Source: an uncultured Planctomycetaceae bacterium (GTDB taxonomy: Bacteria; Planctomycetota; Planctomycetia; Planctomycetales; Planctomycetaceae). Taken from it: a stretch of DNA of 64,000 nt. Position numbers and translations under genes: made by a program. Positions within the stretch are counted from its first letter, which is position 1, and every line of letters starts with the position of its first letter. The DNA lies in NCBI GenBank assembly GCA_963813715.1, contig CAWFAK010000016.1:460069-524068 (forward strand), read 5' to 3'. Below are positions 38,392 through 51,383 of this stretch, in pieces. The notes under the pieces were generated by a model. That model did no database searches. It saw only the letters and a program-made list of their open reading frames with translations, and was not told where the DNA came from.

Positions 38392-39780
38392 ATGAAATGG
38401 ATGAGACTCTTAAGCGCCGTGGTCGCCACCTTCGGCCTGGCCACTGCCGCACAGGCCGACATGTTCGACCTGTTCCACAGCTGGAACCATGATGGCTGTG
38501 CGAAGGGCTGTGGGTGCACGAGCGCCTGTCAGCCCTGCTGCTGCAAGCCGGTAATCGTCAAGCCCTGTTGCCCGACGGTGCACTGCTACCAACGGCAATG
38601 TGCTTGTCAGAAACCGGCCTGCTGCAGCCGTTGCTGCGAGGCTCCCAAGTGCTGTGCTCCGGCTCCGGCCGCTTGCTGTGCCCCGGCTCCTTGTGCCGCG
38701 GCTCCGCACTGCTGCCCGGCTCCGGCCGCCGCTCCGGCTTGCTGTGCTCCGTCTCCGTGCGCTGCGGCTCCCCGCTGCTGCCCGGGTCCGGCCGCTGCTC
38801 CGGCTTGCTGCGCTCCGGCTGCGTGTGCCGCTGCTCCTCACTGCTGCCCCGCTCCGGCGACCTGCGGTTGCCCGGCTCCGTGTGCCGCTCCTCGGTGCTG
38901 TGAAGCGCCGAAGTGCTGCCCGGCTCCGGCCACCTGCGGCTGCCCGGCTCCGTGTGCCGCTCCTCGGTGCTGCGAAGCGCCGAAGTGCTGCCCGGCTCCG
39001 GCGAGCTGTGGTTGCCCCGCTCCGTCGTCTCACTGCTGCCCGGCTCCGGCCACGTGCTGTGCTCCGGCGACTTGTGCGCCGAAGTACTGTGCTCCGGCTC
39101 CGGCCAGCTGCTGCGTGCCGGCCGCTCCGGCCTGCAACACGTGCAATAGCTGCAACTCCTGCAACAGCTACCCGCACGGCCTGTTCGACATCTTCCATCA
39201 CAGCAAGGGCGTTTGCTACCAGACGTCGTGCACCACGACCAAGGTTTGCTGCGCCGACCCCTGCGAAGTTGCTGACCTGATCTACAAGTCGCAGACGGCC
39301 TGCTACGGCAAGCAGCGCGCCCACGCCATCCACAAGCTGGGCTCGTATGACTGCCAGTGCAATCCGGAAATCTTGTGCGCGATGGTCTACGGTTTGAATG
39401 ACGCCGACGAGCACGTTCGTCGTGAGTCGGCTGAGACGATTGGTCACTCGCTGAAGAAGAACCCCTGCTGCTGCAGCCGCGAAGTCGTGGCGGCCCTGAC
39501 CTGTGCGTTGGCGGACTGCGATCGTAGCGTCCGCAAGCACGCGGAGAAGGCCCTGAAGCAGTGCGGTTACGACGTGGTCGACGGCAACTGCTGCAAACCG
39601 GGCTGCACGGGTCCGGTCGGTGGTTGTGCTTCGACGTCGCAGCCGATGGCTCCGATGCCGACTCCGGCGCCCCAGATGGCTCCGGCCCCGGCTCCTGCCC
39701 CGGCGACGGCGCCGGCCCCGGCTCCTCCGGAAGACTCGAAGGCCTACTTCCCTTCGCGCCTTCGCGATCAGCAGGGCTAG
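38392..39780 (+). CDS. secreted Cys/Pro/Ala-rich tandem-repeat protein with C-terminal HEAT repeats
   Basis: AAGGAG RBS; signal peptide (AQA-D); CC-PAPA repeats; HEAT-like LNDADEHVRRESAETIG and LADCDRSVRKHAEKAL. Confidence 0.85.
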   Translation: MKWMRLLSAVVATFGLATAAQADMFDLFHSWNHDGCAKGCGCTSACQPCCCKPVIVKPCCPTVHCYQRQCACQKPACCSRCCEAPKCCAPAPAACCAPAPCAAAPHCCPAPAAAPACCAPSPCAAAPRCCPGPAAAPACCAPAACAAAPHCCPAPATCGCPAPCAAPRCCEAPKCCPAPATCGCPAPCAAPRCCEAPKCCPAPASCGCPAPSSHCCPAPATCCAPATCAPKYCAPAPASCCVPAAPACNTCNSCNSCNSYPHGLFDIFHHSKGVCYQTSCTTTKVCCADPCEVADLIYKSQTACYGKQRAHAIHKLGSYDCQCNPEILCAMVYGLNDADEHVRRESAETIGHSLKKNPCCCSREVVAALTCALADCDRSVRKHAEKALKQCGYDVVDGNCCKPGCTGPVGGCASTSQPMAPMPTPAPQMAPAPAPAPATAPAPAPPEDSKAYFPSRLRDQQG

Positions 39781-39860
39781 TTCGATAGCCCGCTCGACTC
39801 GTTCGGAATGATTGACCGCCTCGAGCTGAATGGACTGAACGAGAAGAGTTGTTGATAGCC

Positions 39861-39901
39861 AAGCGGCCCTCGGAAGCAATTCCGGGGGCCGCTTTCTTTT
39901 T
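39861..39901 (+). terminator. rho-independent terminator
   Basis: AAGCGGCCCTCGGAA-GCAA-TTCCGGGGGCCGCTT followed by TCTTTTT. Confidence 0.8.
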
Positions 39902-39989
39902 GCGCGGCCGGATGCGATCGCGTTCTCGTGAGCGGCCATGCCCACGCCGAGCCGTGACGACGTCCGGGAGTTCGCTGCGATCCAAGAGC

Positions 39990-40410
39990 CAACGCTCACG
40001 CTTCGGGTTGGTTGTCGCATTCACTAACCGGAAGCGTCAGCGAGGGCCAGCGCCGCAACGACGCCCGCTGCGAACAGAAACTCTTTCGCCCCTCACGGCC
40101 CCTGTCGGGGCTTCGGAGATTTTCAACGCGACGCGTTACCCAGCGTTGAAACGCTGGGCTATTTTCTGACGCCCCTGGGAGGGGCTTGAATTCGGAATCG
40201 CTGCGGCAGTCCCCCTCGCCCACGACGGGGACCGTCAATCCCGGATTCCAAGAAAACTGATCTTGGACGGATCTGGTTTTTGTGGCTGAATGGAGAGAGC
40301 GGACATTTTGCGCGCCGAGGTGCAGTGCAGCGGAATGGTCTAGGTGGAAACACGGGGGGTTGGGTCACGAATTTATTCTCAGATAGGTGACCCACGAAAT
40401 TCGTGACCCA
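39990..40410. repeat. cluster of REP-like palindromes
   Basis: CGCTCACGCTTCGGGTTGGT/ACTAACCGGAAGCGTCAGCG pair; GCCCC..GGGGC, CCCAGCGTTGAAACGCTGGG, GCCCC..GGGGC triplet; perfect 13-bp inverted repeat GGGTCACGAATTT at 40362-40409. Confidence 0.7.
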
Positions 40411-40444
40411 CTGCCGATCGCAGGTCGGGACGGGACTCGGGGAA

Positions 40445-41792
<1,348 letters not shown>

Positions 41793-41816
41793 CTCTTGAA
41801 AAGAAACACAGCCGCT

Positions 41817-42493
41817 CTCCCATCCGCCGAAGCGGACGGGAGAGGGGGAAAGATTGGAGGTAGATTGGGGTTTCGGGTCCCCGGGCCTGCGCTGCGCTCC
41901 GACCCAGCTGCAGCTGTCGCGCTCCGTTGGGGCTGGAGTAGAGCGGGACGGGACACGAACGCATTGGGACTCCGGAATGGCCGCGGCGCGCGAGTGCCAC
42001 CCGAGCCGACTGGTCAAGAATTGTCTGGTGGGGATCTTGCTCCCGCCGGGACGCAAAAGGATCCCCGGCGGTGATGGGGATCCTTTTTCACTAAGCGGAG
42101 AAAAGATCCCCGGCAGCCGACGCCGAGCCGATTGCGGACAGTCCAAGTCCGGTCCGGACACTTTTCGAGCGGGACCCGCGGGACGGGACACGTTGTTTCA
42201 CCGAGAAAAGCCCGGAGAAAGTGGCCGTCACCCATCCGAGGCGGACGGGCGAGGGCGAAAAGTGGGACGGGACTCGAACGGTAACGGGTCTCGTTTCGTA
42301 GGGTGTCGACAAGGCCGCCTTGCGGCCGCAGGCACACCATTTCTTCCCGGCCGCTCTAGAGAAGGAGTCCACTGGGGATGGTGGGCCGGTGCCCCGCCTG
42401 GCGGGACTGGTCCCACCCCAGGGATTGGGACCGGTGGGACGGGACTCGTTGTTTCACCGAGAAATGCCCGAAGAAATCGACCCTCACCCCGAC
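41817..42493. repeat. REP-rich spacer between the IS copies, with further copies of the target repeat unit
   Basis: GGGACGGGAC(A/T)CGTTGTTTCACCGAGAAA near 42180 and 42436 (also near 40539); GTAGGGTG..CACACC REP-like element at 42298-42338 with a partner at about 42379-42419. Confidence 0.7.
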
Positions 42494-42509
42494 CTTGTAT
42501 GTTGAAAAA

Positions 42510-42731
42510 AGATCAATCTGCGCATTTGATGGTGACAGCTGTGGGAAGGCTTGCGAAGCGTAGCGAAGCAAGGTTTCCCACAGCGGCCGGCGGTAGATCG
42601 TCCGCCCTCAGGTCCAAGAAGACCGTGGGAGAGCTGGATCGCCGCCGGTCTCATGAGATCAGCCCGAACAGCCGTCAGAGCCGTCGGGGCGCCAGTCGCC
42701 GCTCGAGCTCGCATTCGCAAGGACGGGACAT
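42510..42731 (+). ncRNA. predicted bridge RNA of IS110 copy 2 (ends approximate)
   Basis: Matches copy 1 except GTCGTGGC to GTCGGGGC inside the donor-loop inner stem region. Confidence 0.8.
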
Positions 42732-42735
42732 CGTC

Positions 42736-43688
<953 letters not shown>

Positions 43689-43787
43689 CTCTTGAAAAGA
43701 AACACAGCCGCTCTCCCATCCGAAGCGGACGGGCGAGGGAGAAAGACTGGACGGGACGCGATCGACCCGGTAAGCGATCAGCGGCGC

Positions 43788-45221
43788 TCAGAAGTGGAAG
43801 TCGAGGCCAATGTTTAGGCCTTGGGCCCAATAGCCGGTGGTTTGAAAGTGGTTGCCGGGTTCGTTCGGTCCGCCGGTGCCGTAAGTCGGATCGGAGGGGA
43901 CCAAGGTCGGGCTGACGACGCGTGAGACCTGGTCGCCGGGTCGAACGACGTTGCTCCAGTAGATGAATGAGTAACCCAGCCGGGCCGAAATGTAGGGGGT
44001 GATCGCCAGGCTGAAATTGAGGTCCTCTTCGGGCACGAGCGAGAAGCGGGCCTGGTGATAGGTGCCGATGTTGGCCGTCGTCGCCAGGACGCCGCCCGGA
44101 GCTGTGTTGGCAACCCCGGACCCGTTGACCACGGTCGTCGCGCCGCTGATCTCGGTCGTCTGCTCCGTGGCACCCAGGCCGAGCTTGGTGACCGATTCGA
44201 TCTGGAAGGGACCGGAGGACCACGTCGCGCGGCCGCCCAACTGGCCGCCGTAAAAGTTGTTGATTGTTTTGAAGCGGTCATAGTCGTACATGGTGCTCGA
44301 CGTATCGACGGGCTGACCGAGGAAGGTGAGCGCGCCGGAAGTCAGCGGGTAGAGTGCGTCGTCGACCTCGAGCGACTCGGTCAGGTTCATGTAGCGAAAG
44401 CCCACCATGCCTTCGACTCGCCAATGGTCGGTCTGGAGAATTTTGCGGAGTGCGTTGATGTCCCAGCTCAAGAACTGGCTCGTGCTCGTGATGGAGGTGC
44501 CGCCGGCCAGCGAGCCGGGGTACGCGTCGGAGTACGCGGTTTCGGTGCCGTTGTTGGCGTTGATCACGGGGCGAGTGATGAGCGGGTTGCCGTTCTGATC
44601 CGAATAGCCATCAAAGCCGGCCGCCTGCCTGCCAAGGATGACGAAGACACTCTCGATGCCCCAGGTCTCATGCGCGTCGAAGTAGCCGCCGACGTCGAGA
44701 CGCCAGCCGCTCGTCGCTCCGAATCCGACGCTGCCGTCGCCATAGAGGGTGGCGGTGTTGGGCTGTCCGAGGGCGCCGGGCGACGTATCGCCGGTGCTGC
44801 CGGTCGTCACGAGCGGCGGCAACGACGCGCCCTTCGTCCACCAGACGAGGTAGTCGGAGCGGATCCAAAACCGAGGCGGCTCCGGATTGAAGGCGGGGAA
44901 GAACACCATCGGCCCCGGCACGTAGGCCGGATAGGGGCCGTATCCCGGCGGCGGTCCGTAAACCGGCGCTGGACCATAGCCTGGCGGCGGTCCATACCCC
45001 GGCGGAGGTCCGTATCCGGGAGGCGGACCCGTCAGCGGCGCCGGATAGCCGGGGGGGCCGGAGCCGGGACCGGGTGGCGGCGGGCTCGAAGCATCGGTGT
45101 AGGGATTGGGCGTTTCACCCGGCGGCTGGGCGCCGGGGGGAGCGGAGAAACCCTCGTGCGTCAGCGGAGGTGGCGGCGAGGAGAATCCTTCCGGCTGGCC
45201 AAAGACTTGTCCTGCGCTCAA
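43788..45221 (-). CDS. BBP7-like outer-membrane beta-barrel protein with Pro-rich GPPPGY repeats; true start probably about 50 nt upstream
   Basis: FWIRSDYLVWW, PPLVTTG, GFRYMNL, NNFYGGQLG, terminal GLDFHF. Confidence 0.8.
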   Translation of the reverse strand: MSAGQVFGQPEGFSSPPPPLTHEGFSAPPGAQPPGETPNPYTDASSPPPPGPGSGPPGYPAPLTGPPPGYGPPPGYGPPPGYGPAPVYGPPPGYGPYPAYVPGPMVFFPAFNPEPPRFWIRSDYLVWWTKGASLPPLVTTGSTGDTSPGALGQPNTATLYGDGSVGFGATSGWRLDVGGYFDAHETWGIESVFVILGRQAAGFDGYSDQNGNPLITRPVINANNGTETAYSDAYPGSLAGGTSITSTSQFLSWDINALRKILQTDHWRVEGMVGFRYMNLTESLEVDDALYPLTSGALTFLGQPVDTSSTMYDYDRFKTINNFYGGQLGGRATWSSGPFQIESVTKLGLGATEQTTEISGATTVVNGSGVANTAPGGVLATTANIGTYHQARFSLVPEEDLNFSLAITPYISARLGYSFIYWSNVVRPGDQVSRVVSPTLVPSDPTYGTGGPNEPGNHFQTTGYWAQGLNIGLDFHF

Positions 45222-45432
45222 CAGCGCGACGGCGAAAATGATCGCACCGGCGAACCGTGGTCTCAGAGACCATCTCGACCCTCACAGAAAGGCTCCTCGC
45301 GGGGGTCGAGCTTGTACGATAAATCGCGAAATCGGGCCAGACCGAACGGCGGCCGACGACCCGGCCAGCGAGCGCGGTAACCAAGAACTCCGCTTAGTCT
45401 TAATGCGTCTTAAGAAAAGCAAACTCGCGATG

Positions 45433-45900
45433 TCACTTCTGCGACGTGCGGCGGTTTACGGAGGTTGGCGAAACCTCCAGCAAGAAGTCTTTCGCAAACT
45501 TTTCATCCCGCGCCAAATGCCGGTTGGCCAGCGCCAGGGTTTTGCGAATTCGCAGGACGGTTTGCTGCATCGGCCCGGTGAGCCGGTCGAGGATCTCGGC
45601 CGGGCCGAACTGCTCGAGCTCGCGGATGGTCTGCACCTTGAGAAAGTCGAAGACCTCGCGCGCCTGGTAGTCCTTCTGAAAGACCAGATCGAGACGAGCG
45701 TCGACGGGCACGCGGACGCGGCCGAACCCGCTCGATTTGCGGCGGGCCGGCGTCTTCTTGGTGCCCGCCGGCTTTTTTCCGGTCTTGCGGGCCGCTTTCT
45801 GAGCGGGCGTTTTCTTCGCCGGCGGCTTTTTCACGGCGTGCGTTTTCGTCGCCGCAGTTTTCTTGGCGGTCCCAGCTCGCCGCGTCTTCGGACTGGCCAT
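45433..45900 (-). CDS. hypothetical protein with histone-H1-like K/A/P/T-rich N-terminus
   Basis: AKKT/KKPPAKKTPAQKAARKT repeats followed by a globular domain. Confidence 0.75.
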   Translation of the reverse strand: MASPKTRRAGTAKKTAATKTHAVKKPPAKKTPAQKAARKTGKKPAGTKKTPARRKSSGFGRVRVPVDARLDLVFQKDYQAREVFDFLKVQTIRELEQFGPAEILDRLTGPMQQTVLRIRKTLALANRHLARDEKFAKDFLLEVSPTSVNRRTSQK

Positions 45901-45951
45901 GGCGGGCGACCTTGGATCATGGCCCCTGCAAAAGGGGCCGCGTACGGCAAA

Positions 45952-46590
45952 TCAGGTCACGCCCAGTTCGAGCGCGGTGCGGACGATTTCTTCCTTGGTC
46001 ATCAGTCCGCACAGGTTCTGCAGGAACGAATGGGACATCGCCCAGCGGCCGAGCACGTCGAACATCACCTCGAAGCGGTCGTCGTCGAGGCCGAACTGCC
46101 GTTTCGACTCGGCCGCCTCGGTGGGAGGCATATCCTCGAACTGGCTGATCATCAGGAAATCGCCGTCGCTGGCCAGGTTGAGGTGCAGGGCCCGCAACTC
46201 GCCGGCGAGCAGGCCGTCGATCTTGGGAGAAACCGACTGAGGACCGCCGTGCAGATAGCGGGCGATCACGTGCGGCTCTTGCTCGACGATGCGGGCCGAC
46301 GTTTCACAGGCCGCGTAGATCACGCTCTCGTCGACGAGGTTTGCCACGAACTTCTCGGTCGACGCATGCTTGCACCAGGTCTCGGCGATCAGGTCGAGCT
46401 GGACGTGCGGCGGCACGGCGCGCAAGAACGGCACTTCCGTCAAAAACCCGAAACATTCCGCAGTGTAATTGCCCACTTGCTGCGCCAGGCAAATCCGTTC
46501 CAGCGTTTCCTGGAACGCAATGCGGAAGGCAAAGTAGCTCAGGCCCGTCTGCGGCAGTGTGTCTGTTTGAATGGCGAGCATGAACTCCAT
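45952..46590 (-). CDS. conserved hypothetical protein
   Basis: Long ORF with genome-typical codon bias; FGFLTEVPFL..V.PHVQLDL. Confidence 0.7.
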   Translation of the reverse strand: MEFMLAIQTDTLPQTGLSYFAFRIAFQETLERICLAQQVGNYTAECFGFLTEVPFLRAVPPHVQLDLIAETWCKHASTEKFVANLVDESVIYAACETSARIVEQEPHVIARYLHGGPQSVSPKIDGLLAGELRALHLNLASDGDFLMISQFEDMPPTEAAESKRQFGLDDDRFEVMFDVLGRWAMSHSFLQNLCGLMTKEEIVRTALELGVT

Positions 46591-46866
46591 GCTCACTCGC
46601 CGAGGGACCAAACACAACAGTAATTCTCCCGAATTTTTTTGCGCACGACGAAGGTCGAAGACGACTCCTGCTGTGATCCTCAGACTGCGCAGCGTGCTCC
46701 TTCTTCACAGCCTTTCCGCGGGTTGCCCAAACGCAACCACCCGTTAAACTCGTACAAGCCACCTGCCTTGCCAGATTCGGCCATTGCCGATCGGTCAACA
46801 ACAACGTTTGCACATGCGACGAAGCTAAGACATCGCTCCTTCGCACATTCGAGCTAGAGATTTGCC

Positions 46867-47737
46867 ATGCGGTTAGCCACCGTGCTCACGCCCCAGGGAC
46901 CCCGAGCGGTCGGTGTTCATCAGAACGCCGGAAGCGACCGATTCGTCGATCTCCGCGCGGCCGATCCCGAGCTGCCCGCCACCGTCGCGGGCATCCTGGC
47001 GCTCGCCGGCGGACTCGACCGCGTCCGCGCGGCACTCACCAAGGCGACCGCATCCAAGCAGTTCGTCACGGGCGAGATCCTCGCGCCGCTCCCCAGCCCC
47101 GGCAAAGTTTTTTGCATCGGCCTCAACTACCGCGACCACGCCCTGGAAACCAAGGCCCAGATTCCCGGCGAGCCGATCGTCTTCAGCAAGTTCTCCAGCG
47201 CGATCGTCGGGCCGGGGGTGACCATCCTCCTGCCGCGGGCCTCGAACAAGGTCGATTACGAGGCCGAGCTGGTGGTCGTCATCGGCCGCCGCGGCAAGCT
47301 GATCTCCGCGGCCGACGCTCCCGGGTATATTGCCGGCTACATGGTGGGGAACGACGTCTCAGCCCGCGACTGGCAGACCGAGAAGCCGGGAAAGCAGTGG
47401 CTCCTGGGCAAGAACGCCCGACACCTTCGGCCCGACCGGCCCCTGGCTGGTGACGGCCGACGAAGTCCCCGACCCCTGCAACCTGGGAATCCGTCTGCGG
47501 CTGAACGGCCAGACGATGCAGGATTCGACCACTAAAGAGCTGATTTTCAGCCCAGCGAAGCTGATCGAGCACATCACCAAAGTCGTCACGATCGAGCCCG
47601 GCGACATCATTTTCACCGGCACGCCACCTGGCGTCGGCGTGGCCCGCACTCCGCCCGTCTTCCTGAAGGACGGCGACCAGGTTGAGGTCGAAATCGATGG
47701 CCTGGGGACGCTCAAAAACCCCGTCCGGGCCGAATGA
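46867..47737 (+). CDS. fumarylacetoacetate hydrolase family protein, frameshift near 47415
   Basis: KVFCIGLNYRDH, DYEAEL, NDVSARDWQ, GDIIFTGTPPGVG. Confidence 0.93.
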
Positions 47738-47800
47738 CGTTGCCGGAATGGCGCTCGAGCGCTAAAACACTGCGGAATTCCGTCGGCAAAGGACTGCCCG

Positions 47801-49949
47801 ATGACCACTCCGCAACCGGCACCCGCGGCCCCTCCCTGGAAGCACTGGTGGATCTGGTGCCTGGGCTGCATCGCGCTCTGCGCCCTGCTCTTTATCGACT
47901 ATGCGCAGAAGCAGGAGGTCGTCCCGCCCGCCGACGGACAGGCTTTCGCCGAACCGGAAACTGCCCCGACCATCGCACCCGGATCGCCGGACAACGCGTC
48001 GCATGCTCCGGCATCTGTTGAGAAAACTGCCGACGCACGGTCCGGCGCAGTGCCGGTCGCCTCTACGGCCGCCACCACCGGCGACTCGCAGATCGACGCG
48101 TTCTTGGGCGACGAGCTACGCCGTTGGCAGGACGACTTCGGCTTCGATAACGATGCCCTGCACGCGGGCGTCCGTCGCGCGATCCACGCCTTTCGTCCGT
48201 TCCTGTTCTTTTACGGCGGCCGCGAGTCGATCACCGAAGTCTGTCGCGAAGCTCACGAAGAAGCAGGGCGGACTCAGCGGCGGTTGGGCCGCGTCACTCG
48301 CCCGCTCGGCCGCGCAGGTGGCGAAGAGGCGACCCGCAGTGGCGCCTTCGCGTTCAGCGCGCTCGAAGAGGCGGCATCCGACTGGCTGCAAGAACAAAAC
48401 GCTCGCCAATGTCGATCCACAGCTGCCCGAGGGGGGCTGGTTCGCGGCCGAGCCCGGCTCCGCTTCGCGCTCGTCCGACGGTGCCGAAATGCTTCCCAAG
48501 CTGCGGGCGTCGCGTGGCAACCTGGTCAATGCGGCCGGCAAGATCGTCTGGGCCGCGCGGCCCGATTTACCGCTCACCGTCAACAGCCAGCTGGCGGCCG
48601 CGTTTCTGGAATGGGTCGACGAGTTTCAGCTTTCCGAAGAGGACGTGCCCGGCCTCGCGCGCTCGGTGCTGGGACGATTGCTCGTCCTGCAGGCCGGGCC
48701 GAGCGGCCCGCCGCCGGCGAGCCAGGCTCGCATCGTCGCCTGCGAAGCGGGCATCAAGTGGCTGCACGAAGCTCGCGACGAGGCGCGGCCCCTCTATCGC
48801 CGCACCGGTTGGGTCAACGTCCCGCACATCGTGCGGCTTTCCGCAGAAGTTGCGGCGCGCGGCGCGGCCGCCGAGGCCGGCGGGCAATTCGCGGGCGAGA
48901 AGCCGCTCATCTCTTCCTACCGGCCGTCGAGCTTCGGCAACGGGCTGATTGCGCTGGCGTCGGCGGTCTCCGTGCAAGATCGGCCCGCGCTGCTCACCGC
49001 GCCCTTTGACGAAACGGCCGCCAAGTCGGCGCAGCGATGGTGGGCCGACGGCCTCAAGCTGCCCGTCGATCCGACGAACTCGATCGGCATGAAGCTGGTG
49101 GTCATTCCCGCGGGCGAGTTTTTCATGGGCTCGACGCCGGAGAAGATCCACCAGGTGCGTCGCGCCGACCCCGCGTTTCGCAAGGACTGGGAACACGAGG
49201 AGCAGCCGCAGCATCACGTGCAGATCAGCCGGCCGTTTCTGCTGGGCGCGTGCGAGGTGACACGGGGCCAGTTTCGCGAGTTCGTCCGCAGCACGCGGTA
49301 CGTGACCGATGCCCAGCGCGACGGCAAAGGCGGCATGGGGTTCGACGCGGCCACGAGCGAATTCAGGCAGGACCCGCACTTCAACTGGGAGAACACGGGC
49401 TTTCCACAAACCGACGACCAGCCGGTGGTCAACGTGTCCTGGAACGACGCCGTCGCCTTTTGCCAGTGGCTGAGCCGCAAGGAGAAGATCGCCTATCGGC
49501 TGCCGAGCGAAGCGGAATGGGAGTATGCGTGCCGCGCCGGCAGCACCTCGCTCTATTATTACGGCGACGATCCCGAGGGCCTGGTGGCCGTCGCCAACGT
49601 GGCCGACGCGACCGCCCGTGATAAATTCACCGCATGGACGGGCATCAGCGGCCGCGACGGCTACGTCTTCACCGCCCCCGTCGGCTCGTTCCAGCCGAAT
49701 CCGTTCGGGCTCTACGACATGCACGGCAACGTCTGGGAGTGGTGCCGCGACTGGTTCGGCGAGAACTATTACGCCAAGTCGCCCGAGAAGGACCCGGCCG
49801 GGCCGCCGACCGGCACAGTCCGCGTGTTTCGCGGCGGCAGCTGGTACGACGCCGCCGCCCTGTGCCGCTCGGCCTTCCGTTATTGGGATGTGCCCAGCTA
49901 TCGCGATTACTTCTTGGGCTTCCGCGTCGCGGCCGACTTGCCGCAATAG
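47801..49949 (+). CDS. membrane-anchored formylglycine-generating-enzyme (SUMF1) domain protein, frameshift near 48395
   Basis: NSIGMKLVVIPAGEFFMGS, RLPSEAEWEYACRAG, NPFGLYDMHGNVWEWC, RGGSW, GFRV. Confidence 0.88.
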
Positions 49950-50017
49950 GATGCGAATTGGCGAGCCGGCACCGCGTACGAGTCTAGTGCTTGCCAGACT
50001 TCACTGCTTCGAAGCGT

Positions 50018-50970
50018 TCACTGCGGTACCACTCGCTCGCGGCTGCTCTCGTCCCAACCTTTGGGTGCCGGAAGCGGACTGCGCGAGTAGGCGGCGTGGG
50101 CGGCCGTTTCGCTCTGGTGGAAGACGGCCGCCAAAGCCAGCGCATCGCCGTGTTGCGGATTGATCGTCAGCGTCCGCGTCAGGAATTGCTGAGCCTGGTC
50201 GCGATGTCCGGCCTCCCACGCGGCATAAGCAACCTGGTAACAATCGTCGGCCGAGAGCTTGGGACGCACCTCCGCAGCGGCCGACAATTGCTCGGACGCT
50301 TCCGGCCAGCGGCGGTCCTTCGCATAGATTTGCCCCAGCACCCAGTGCGCCGCGCCTGCTCCTCCGGCGCGACCCGGTCCGAGTCGGCAATGCTTTGTAA
50401 GAGCGGCGCGGCCTGGCTCGGCTGGCCCGTGCGAACCAGCAAGTCGGAAATGCGGAGCATGGCTTCGGTCGAACTCGGATCGCCGGCCAGCATGCGATAG
50501 TAGATCTCGAGCGCTTCCTCGTCCCGATTTCTGACTTCGGCCAGGCGTCCCCTGAGCAGCTGCGCCTCGGTGTGACCGGGGACAAGTCGCAGAGCCGAAT
50601 CGACCAACTCCTGGCACTCGTTGTACCGGCGTTCCTCAAACAGAATCCGCGCCAGGTCAAGATACGCGTCCGGGTCGTCGACGCCGCGGTGCATCATGTA
50701 GCGCAGATGCTTGACCGCTTCTTCGGTTTCTCCGGCCAGCAACAGCCCGCGCCCGATGTCCCGCTGAATTTCGGGGTCGTCGGGAGCCACCGCAGCTGCG
50801 CGCGAGAGTAACTCGCGGGCCTGTTTTCGCTCGCCTCGTTCGCACGCCTGCTTGGCCTCGTCCGTAAGTCGTGCCGATTCCTCCGCCGAGCGGCGGTTAA
50901 GCAGCGGCACGAGCCCACAGCCCGCCGCGAGCGGAACGAATACGATGAGAACCAGCGCGTAACGAGCCAT
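50018..50970 (-). CDS. TPR-repeat lipoprotein, frameshift near 50345
   Basis: Lipobox LAAGC; TPR-like helical repeats. Confidence 0.8.
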
Positions 50971-51383
50971 CGCCCGCAACTCGCGAGGAGGTAATTGGGC
51001 GCACAGCGTCCGCACGACGAAAGCCGCGCTCGACGGAAGGAGGAAATCAGACGAAGAAAGGAGTTCGGAGCGAGAAATCGGTCGATGAAGGGAGGCGGGG
51101 ATCGTACCAATCGTGGCCCGTCGCCGGAAGACCGGCCCAGCCAAGGCTTAGAGTCGGCTGGATACGCTGGACCACAGTTAGATAAGACGGGTGCCGTTCG
51201 CGAGCGCACCCGCTCGTATAATTGACAGCTGATGCGTTTCTCCAGTAGCATATGCGTGGATTAGTCTAATTTGCGCGCGTCGTAACTTCAGCACGCGGTT
51301 TGTGTTTTGTCCTCCAGCGCACGTCGCAGTCCTCCGCGACGCCGGCCGCCTGCTCCCGCCTTTTGATCGCAAGGAGATGCGTC

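Noticed and set aside
38630..39130. Regularly spaced DNA repeats as a CRISPR array
   Set aside because: They are in-frame coding repeats with synonymous variation, with no unique spacers and no cas genes in the window.
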